41,171 bases of DNA from a virus. Its lineage: Duplodnaviria > Heunggongvirae > Uroviricota > Caudoviricetes. Under the pieces are notes generated by a model. It saw only the letters and a list, made by a program, of their open reading frames with translations, searched no databases and had not been told where the DNA came from. Positions 40,623-41,171 of the stretch are shown here, piece by piece. Each line of letters begins with the position of its first letter. The stretch's first letter is position 1. The stretch is from IMG/VR virus record IMGVR_UViG_2778261424_000010, positions 1-41,171 of that record, one strand, 5' to 3'. The translations under genes and the position numbers were made by a program.

Positions 40623-41171
40623 ATGATTTACGGTTATGCCCGAGTATCAACAAACCACCAGGACACTGAATTGCAACTAACGGCGCTCAAGTCAGCGGGT
40701 TGTGAGAAAATTTTTGAAGAGCATGCCAGCGGGAGGAAATCGAATCGGCCGGTTCTAAAACGGCTGATCGCCACTATGCAGCCGGGGGATGAACTGGTGG
40801 TCTGGAAGCTGGACAGGATAGGCCGCAACGTTCTGCATGCGCTGTTGATGTTCCAGCAGTTACAGGAAAAGGGTATCAACTTCCGCAGTATTACCGATGG
40901 CGTGGATCTCAAAACAGCCAGCGGCCGCTATAACTTTCGTAACATCCTTTCCGCAGCACAATATGAATCTGATCTTAATAGCGAACGTACCTTAGCAGGG
41001 CTGGCCGTAGCCAGGGCAAAAGGGCGAGTTGGTGGTCGCAGGCCTAAGTTCACGGATGAGCAATGGCGGGAAATGGGGGAGCGGATGGCAACCGGTGAAT
41101 CACGACAAAGCGTATCAAAAACGTATGGAGTAGGGCTCTCAACTCTGTATAAAAAGTTTCCAGCTAGCTGA
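40623..41171 (+). CDS. Serine DNA invertase (Hin/Gin/Pin/Cin family)
   Basis: 182 aa from ATG 40623. MIYGYARVSTNHQD carries the catalytic Ser. VWKLDRIGRN and the C-terminal HTH (SKTYGVGLSTLYKKF) are also present. The stop is at the window end. Confidence 0.92.
   Translation: MIYGYARVSTNHQDTELQLTALKSAGCEKIFEEHASGRKSNRPVLKRLIATMQPGDELVVWKLDRIGRNVLHALLMFQQLQEKGINFRSITDGVDLKTASGRYNFRNILSAAQYESDLNSERTLAGLAVARAKGRVGGRRPKFTDEQWREMGERMATGESRQSVSKTYGVGLSTLYKKFPAS

Larger units (their letters stand above)
1..41171. mobile_element. Temperate phage (prophage) genome segment: lambdoid early/regulatory genes joined to a contractile-tail late module; both ends cut at gene boundaries
   Basis: Uninterrupted order int-xis-recombination-cI/cro-replication-nin-Q-lysis-terminase-portal-capsid-sheath-tube-tape measure-baseplate-fibre-invertase. 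No att sites lie inside the window. Confidence 0.85.

Noticed and set aside
1-41171. Attachment sites and the flanking host target
   Set aside because: The window starts at the int ATG and ends at the invertase stop. attL and attR must therefore lie outside it, and I found no internal direct repeat that could serve as att.

Overview
The window reads as one nearly complete, mosaic enterobacterial temperate phage (prophage). It runs from the integrase start codon (nt 1) to the stop codon of a tail-fibre DNA invertase (nt 41171), so no att sites are visible. Left arm, mostly minus strand: a P4-type int and a convergent AlpA-like xis. Next comes a Red-like recombination module (YqaJ-type exonuclease, lambda Bet homologue, Gam-like protein) and several small or orphan early-left genes. 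The immunity region has a LexA/S24-type cI repressor, cro, and a YdaT-type protein in the cII position. Six copies of a 17-bp operator (TTTAGC-N5-GCTAAA) form OL and OR clusters. Right arm, plus strand: an O-like initiator with an internal iteron/AT-rich origin, a DnaB helicase, and a DLP12-like nin region (ninB, ninE, ybcO, rusA, ylcG, Q). These are followed by a lysis cassette (two holin-like proteins, GH19 endolysin, overlapping spanins), packaging and head genes, a contractile tail (sheath, tube, chaperone with a -1 frameshift site, tape measure with an SLT domain), a baseplate, and a tail fibre whose C-terminus lies on a Hin/Gin-type invertible segment. Five low-GC insertions (morons) interrupt the conserved modules. 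The stretches I consider most worth follow-up are listed here. (1) The about 260-nt untranslated PL leader contains a 70-nt tRNA-like cloverleaf with an encoded CCA. It sits just upstream of an orphan 222-aa gene that is closed off by its own terminator, and I see no N-like gene. (2) A 70-aa two-HEAT-repeat gene lies antisense between terS and terL. (3) A convergent gene pair (secreted protein plus tail-anchored DUF4236-like protein) is inserted inside the baseplate operon. (4) An antisense membrane-protein cassette sits in the nin region. (5) A membrane protein with a convergent, overlapping Pro-rich mini-gene lies between Q and the holin. All family names come from recognising the sequences by eye, with no searches run. 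I saw no rRNA, canonical tRNA, CRISPR array or IS element.
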